Virus record (IMG/VR): IMGVR_UViG_3300046787_000508
Span: 1-64,000 of that record
Reading direction: 5' to 3' (one strand)
Source: a virus
Lineage: Duplodnaviria; Caudoviricetes
Length of the DNA: 64,000 nt
The position numbers were made by a program, and so were the translations under genes. Below are positions 59,617 through 64,000 of this stretch, piece by piece. A model generated the notes under the pieces. It did no database searches, was not told the DNA's origin, and saw only the letters and a list, made by a program, of their open reading frames with translations. Position 1 is the first letter of the stretch, and each line of letters begins with the position of its first letter.

Positions 59617-62600
59617 TTAATTTGGTCCAAACATTTCAATAAATTTATCGAAGGCAGTTTTACCTTTTCTTAATCCAAACGTATAATGGAACGGGACCCC
59701 AATTTCCATTAAGTGTCTTATCTGACCATTTACAGTATATTCTTTATAGTTGTCGTTACTTTTTGATTTAACCCCATTTACCTCAATACAATCTCTTATC
59801 GGTGGTAATATATTTGGATTAAAGAAATTATCATCAATAGTCAATGAGTTAGGGTCAGGATTTAAATTGGCAGTAAACTCTTGAATACGTTGATTGAAGA
59901 TTCTACCTGTATAATAACTTTGTACCTCACCATCTCCTTGTACCTCACCAAATCCGTGTCCGTGTGTGTCCCACATGTAATATGGTACTCTTTGTGAATT
60001 GTCACCTAATCTACCCGGCGTGTTAATGCATTTTCTTATTAATGAACCATCATATTCTATTGTTGGTGTTGTTGTGTCGTCTTCACTGAAAACAAAATCC
60101 AAACCAACTGCACCTTTACCATCGAAAAGATTAGCGTATAATGATGTGTATGGTGAATTTGATTGTTCAGATTCAAATGGGTAAATTCCTGTTTGTGTGT
60201 TAAAATTTAACAACTGAGCAATGTCACCATCAATTTGTCCTTTACCTCTTCTATCGAATAAATCTTGAACATCTAATCTTCCCTTTTCTTTTATTTCTTT
60301 CGATTGGATGATGTATTCCATTAAATCATCAACACCCTTAAACGATGTGGCACCGATACTTCTAGAAACTGAACAGTTTACATCTAACGCGGCATCAATA
60401 CACACTTCATTAATCCATGTCAATCTTGGTCCTAAGTCAACAATAGTTGTTGGGAAATTAATTTCTCGTTTGTATGTTGACCCTCCGATAAGGTCTGTTA
60501 GTTTACTTACCCAAGCCTTACCTGACACACTTGGGTCAAATGACATAATTCTTCTTGTACCATAAAACCCTTGCGTTTTTCCACTGTACACCTCGTCATA
60601 TGTTTTTGTTGTATTTGGGACAATATCAGTACCGTTGTATTGAGTTTCAAAATTACTATACTCTTGGTGGTATGGTGTTGACCTGTAATAATAATGTATT
60701 GAACCATCGGTATCCACTTTTTTGTATACACAGTCTTTACAGAAGTTATTTTCCCCTCTTCTTTTAAATTGGAAGAAATACAATACTCCGTTTATCCATG
60801 AGTCAGTGAAAATGTACGATACGACTCCACCGCACATTAATTTACCGAATAATTTTCTTCTTCTATATGAACTTAATAATTCTCCGTTTTTTCCTGCTAA
60901 CGGTATTATTGTGTAAACACCGTCTCTAAATTCTGACCATCCTGTTAATGTTCCACCGTTAGTTTGTTCGGGTTCAACATAATATGGTCCCTTTTTCTTA
61001 ACTTGCCCATAATATGTTCCTCTGTATATACATCTTGAGTCTTCATTTCTGAAATCTCCTCTATTTTCCGTTGGCCACTTTGCAAACTCCGATGCAACTC
61101 CACCTAAATTATAAGGTGGTCTTGTTTCACATTCTCCAATATTAAGACCTAAAATTGTGTCGTTATAACCATAATCAATTTGATTATATATTGGATTAAC
61201 ACCTAAAGCGGCATTTGGTGCTCTATAAAGTTTTAATCTATCAAGACCTTCAACATATGTATCGACTGTTCCTCCCGTTGAACCTGTTAAAGGTAATACA
61301 ATACCTCTCAATCTCATGTCACCCGTTCTTCCTAACTCGTCTTCGATAATTGCATCGTATTTTTGACAACCACTTTCAACTTCGTTAATGGTTACACTAC
61401 TATAAGGTACATTACCTGCTGGGTCGAACCATACATTTTTAATTTTTACCCTACCGTCAATTTCGTGACACGTTCCTGCAACAGGATGGTCTAATGGAGT
61501 GTTAAACGCCTCTGAAATTTGGCTTATGATTGATGAATAGATTAATTGTATTTTCCATTGTGAATACTCATTATCCCACACTATAGGAAATTGTTGACCA
61601 ACACCGACAGTGATGTAATCAGATTGTCCTGAAAATAATTCAATCTCAAACACATATCTTTGGTAAAGGAAGTCACCATCTGCATTAACTCCTGAATTGT
61701 TTGTTGGTAATGGTGTTACAGGTGTAAATGTATCAAAATACAAAGACCCGTCTGGGTCGAATCCCGATACACCGGAACAACCATTAACTGTTTCAACTGA
61801 AGTTATTGTTCCACTTGATAGAGATTGTCCAGGTTTACCACAAACGTTATCAAGTGTTCCATTTGCGGGAACCGTAGCCGTTGTGGAATTATTATCACAA
61901 TCTAAATAGGTTACCGTATATCCACTTGTTGGTGATGAATTTGTAAATGTATATTTGCTACATGTTCCATCCTCCCTAGCAATTTGATATCTCTCCTTCA
62001 TAGTAACATTACTAAAAGTTGCAGTAGTACCTGTAACGGCATCAAACTCTAATTTTGGGACGTTTACGGTTATTTCGTTTGCTTGAGTATCCTCATTACA
62101 ATCATAACAATCAGGATAAGTAATAAGTGATAATTTGAATATATTTCTAAATTGGAATTCTTTTGCTCTTTGGAACATTTTAGCGGAAGCTCTTGACGAT
62201 ACACCCGTACTTTCAAGAAGTTCTGCAATTGCAAATAAACTTTGTGCTGTTATCTCTTTAAAGAATAATTGAATGAATAATCCAATATATTCGATATAAC
62301 TTATAATGGTTAAAATGAAAAAATTAAATCTGTGATTTCTAACCGCATCGTTTATTGGGAAAAAGTTATTTGTTCCTGAGCAATCCGCTCCCTGTTCTGG
62401 CCAAATTTCTTTTATACCGATGAATGATTCGTTTCTATCTTTTACTAAGAAACTAAAAAGTTTTTCTAAAGCACTTGCTTTATAATATTTGTTAACAAAT
62501 TGGGAAACACTATAAACCCTATTATATCTTAATTGGAAGAAGTAATCTTGAGGTACTTTAGTTTTTCCCTCACTAATAGCTTCAATACTTGTTCCTGTTA

Positions 62601-63888
62601 TTTCCCCTAACGCCTCTGATGGGTAGTCATCAATAGATGTACTAAAAGAGTATGATTTTGGGTTTATGGTGCCGTATGCACCAACTCTACTTGTATCATT
62701 TGTATGATACTCTCTAATATTTGGAACTAAGAACTTACCGGTAAACACATTTCTTGCACCCGCATCTTCACCTAAAGAAAATCTAAATCTATAATTTCCT
62801 TGTGTTGGTATGCCGACATTCGGATTTTTAGATTCAACTAAATTACCGAATTCATCTGTGGTAAGGTAGGTCATGTTCATCGGTACTCTAAAAAAGAATG
62901 TACCATTGTCATCAATAACACTATCAATTTTAACAGATTCCAAAATTGGTCTATCAATTATTGGGTTACCATTAATATCTTTTTCGTAATTACCGCTGAA
63001 TCTTATAGCCTCAATATCACCTTTATGTGTGGTAAGTCTACATTTTTCACCCATTTGGTTGTCCACGTTACAATTTTGGGTTAACGCATCTTTTCCTGTA
63101 TCGGTAAAAGTTCCTCCCATTAATAACGCGTAAGGTTCGATTCTGATACCTTTTTCTTTTAAATCGAAATCGGTTCTTGTAATACCAATTTCACATAATT
63201 CTTCATTACCCCAAAAAGGATAAACCTCAATTGTTCTATCAAAAGAAACAATTTGTGGAAGGTCCGATAAATTATTTGAATCTCTATAAGTGTAACCGTT
63301 TATGAATTTTTCAGGTGAAACACCTTCGTACATTAAATCGTAAGGAATTAATGATTGACATCCAATGTCCGATAAATCTACATCACAATGAATAATTTGT
63401 TGACCTAGTGGTACGCCCCATATCATGAAGTCACCTGCATCGTTTGTTTTTACCGTGTATTTGTAATATTTCTCAAAAACCTCCATATACTCTTCTCTTG
63501 AAAGAATATCCTCTTGGTCAAAAAACTTACCTGTCGGTGTGTGTCCTGTGTGTTGTTTTCTTGAAGGTAATAAGTGATAACGATATCCATCTTCGGATGT
63601 ATCGTTAATTTCTTTGTACGGGTAAAGAGCCGCAACTACTGGGTCGTTTTCGTCAACATCACTTAACGGGATAAAAATTGAAATCCTTGCATTTGGTACT
63701 CCAAATCCATTGTTAACTGAAACACGACCAACAACTACACCATAATCGGAACAAAGTCCCGTGGCATATACATCTTTTTGTGTGAATTTCAAAGATAATA
63801 TCTCCAACAAATCAAAATCTTGTTTGAGTTCGATATTAATCTTTTGGTCACGACCGATATCTGTATGAATTCTATGCTTTTGTATCAT
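59617..63888 (-). CDS. Large putative baseplate/hub protein
   Basis: 1423 aa; GVVVGRVSVNNGFGVPNARISIF; GDFMIWGVPLG (carboxypeptidase-regulatory-like strands); TATTTAT at 63894-63900. Confidence 0.7.
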   Translation of the reverse strand: MIQKHRIHTDIGRDQKINIELKQDFDLLEILSLKFTQKDVYATGLCSDYGVVVGRVSVNNGFGVPNARISIFIPLSDVDENDPVVAALYPYKEINDTSEDGYRYHLLPSRKQHTGHTPTGKFFDQEDILSREEYMEVFEKYYKYTVKTNDAGDFMIWGVPLGQQIIHCDVDLSDIGCQSLIPYDLMYEGVSPEKFINGYTYRDSNNLSDLPQIVSFDRTIEVYPFWGNEELCEIGITRTDFDLKEKGIRIEPYALLMGGTFTDTGKDALTQNCNVDNQMGEKCRLTTHKGDIEAIRFSGNYEKDINGNPIIDRPILESVKIDSVIDDNGTFFFRVPMNMTYLTTDEFGNLVESKNPNVGIPTQGNYRFRFSLGEDAGARNVFTGKFLVPNIREYHTNDTSRVGAYGTINPKSYSFSTSIDDYPSEALGEITGTSIEAISEGKTKVPQDYFFQLRYNRVYSVSQFVNKYYKASALEKLFSFLVKDRNESFIGIKEIWPEQGADCSGTNNFFPINDAVRNHRFNFFILTIISYIEYIGLFIQLFFKEITAQSLFAIAELLESTGVSSRASAKMFQRAKEFQFRNIFKLSLITYPDCYDCNEDTQANEITVNVPKLEFDAVTGTTATFSNVTMKERYQIAREDGTCSKYTFTNSSPTSGYTVTYLDCDNNSTTATVPANGTLDNVCGKPGQSLSSGTITSVETVNGCSGVSGFDPDGSLYFDTFTPVTPLPTNNSGVNADGDFLYQRYVFEIELFSGQSDYITVGVGQQFPIVWDNEYSQWKIQLIYSSIISQISEAFNTPLDHPVAGTCHEIDGRVKIKNVWFDPAGNVPYSSVTINEVESGCQKYDAIIEDELGRTGDMRLRGIVLPLTGSTGGTVDTYVEGLDRLKLYRAPNAALGVNPIYNQIDYGYNDTILGLNIGECETRPPYNLGGVASEFAKWPTENRGDFRNEDSRCIYRGTYYGQVKKKGPYYVEPEQTNGGTLTGWSEFRDGVYTIIPLAGKNGELLSSYRRRKLFGKLMCGGVVSYIFTDSWINGVLYFFQFKRRGENNFCKDCVYKKVDTDGSIHYYYRSTPYHQEYSNFETQYNGTDIVPNTTKTYDEVYSGKTQGFYGTRRIMSFDPSVSGKAWVSKLTDLIGGSTYKREINFPTTIVDLGPRLTWINEVCIDAALDVNCSVSRSIGATSFKGVDDLMEYIIQSKEIKEKGRLDVQDLFDRRGKGQIDGDIAQLLNFNTQTGIYPFESEQSNSPYTSLYANLFDGKGAVGLDFVFSEDDTTTPTIEYDGSLIRKCINTPGRLGDNSQRVPYYMWDTHGHGFGEVQGDGEVQSYYTGRIFNQRIQEFTANLNPDPNSLTIDDNFFNPNILPPIRDCIEVNGVKSKSNDNYKEYTVNGQIRHLMEIGVPFHYTFGLRKGKTAFDKFIEMFGPN

Positions 63889-63939
63889 CTTATATAAATA
63901 GAAACTCCTTAGTTTTCTATAAGATAAGAAAAAAACAAA

Positions 63940-64000
63940 TTAATATGTAGTCGAAGTGAGAGTTTTAATCCTAACTTTAATATCTGTGTTCGGAACCCTT
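63940..64000 (-). CDS. 3' end of an upstream gene (...RVPNTDIKVRIKTLTSTTY*), possibly baseplate-wedge-like
   Basis: Manual translation of the window end. Confidence 0.5.
   Translation of the reverse strand, partial: RVPNTDIKVRIKTLTSTTY

Noticed and set aside
20491-59639. Track-called longer starts for the 496-, 293-, 210-, 613- and 238-aa ORFs
   Set aside because: They overlap upstream genes; internal ATGs with TAATG/ATGA coupling or short spacing fit better
1-64000. Stop-codon recoding
   Set aside because: Standard code gives near-complete coding density with intact long genes; TAG and TGA act as normal stops

Overview
64 kb segment of a large (jumbo-type) tailed-phage genome, most likely infecting a Bacteroidota host. 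Evidence: Bacteroidota-type TTTG-N19-TAnnTTT(G/A) promoters, no Shine-Dalgarno motifs, SprB-like repeats, and Hc1-like and DUF6576-like domains. All but two genes are on the - strand. Layout: 1-14.5 kb tail fibre/receptor-binding paralogues (Gly-rich, LamG, SGS-repeat fibres). 14.5-36.6 kb is a host-takeover/replication block (glutaredoxin, thioredoxin, AAA ATPase, NusG, adenine MTase, Hc1-like, sigma-70, ClpP, Mre11/Rad50-like pair, exonuclease, primase, RuvC-like) with a membrane-protein cluster. 36.6-64 kb holds putative baseplate/virion genes with Pro-Thr stalks. Best leads: (1) a probable -1 frameshift (A9/A_AAA_AAC plus hairpin) extending a multi-TM acidic membrane protein; (2) a Pol-beta-type nucleotidyltransferase inside the virion operon; (3) an Mre11/Rad50 pair whose Mre11 C-terminal part seems relocated onto Rad50; (4) an 11-copy Cys-bearing LDCxFDV node between PT stalks; (5) a ~70-nt candidate small RNA; (6) two apparent pseudo-enzymes; (7) a TATTTAT late-promoter motif and apparent GATC avoidance. 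No CRISPR, tRNA, rRNA, integrase, transposase or reverse transcriptase was seen. All family assignments are by-eye motif recognition, not database searches.
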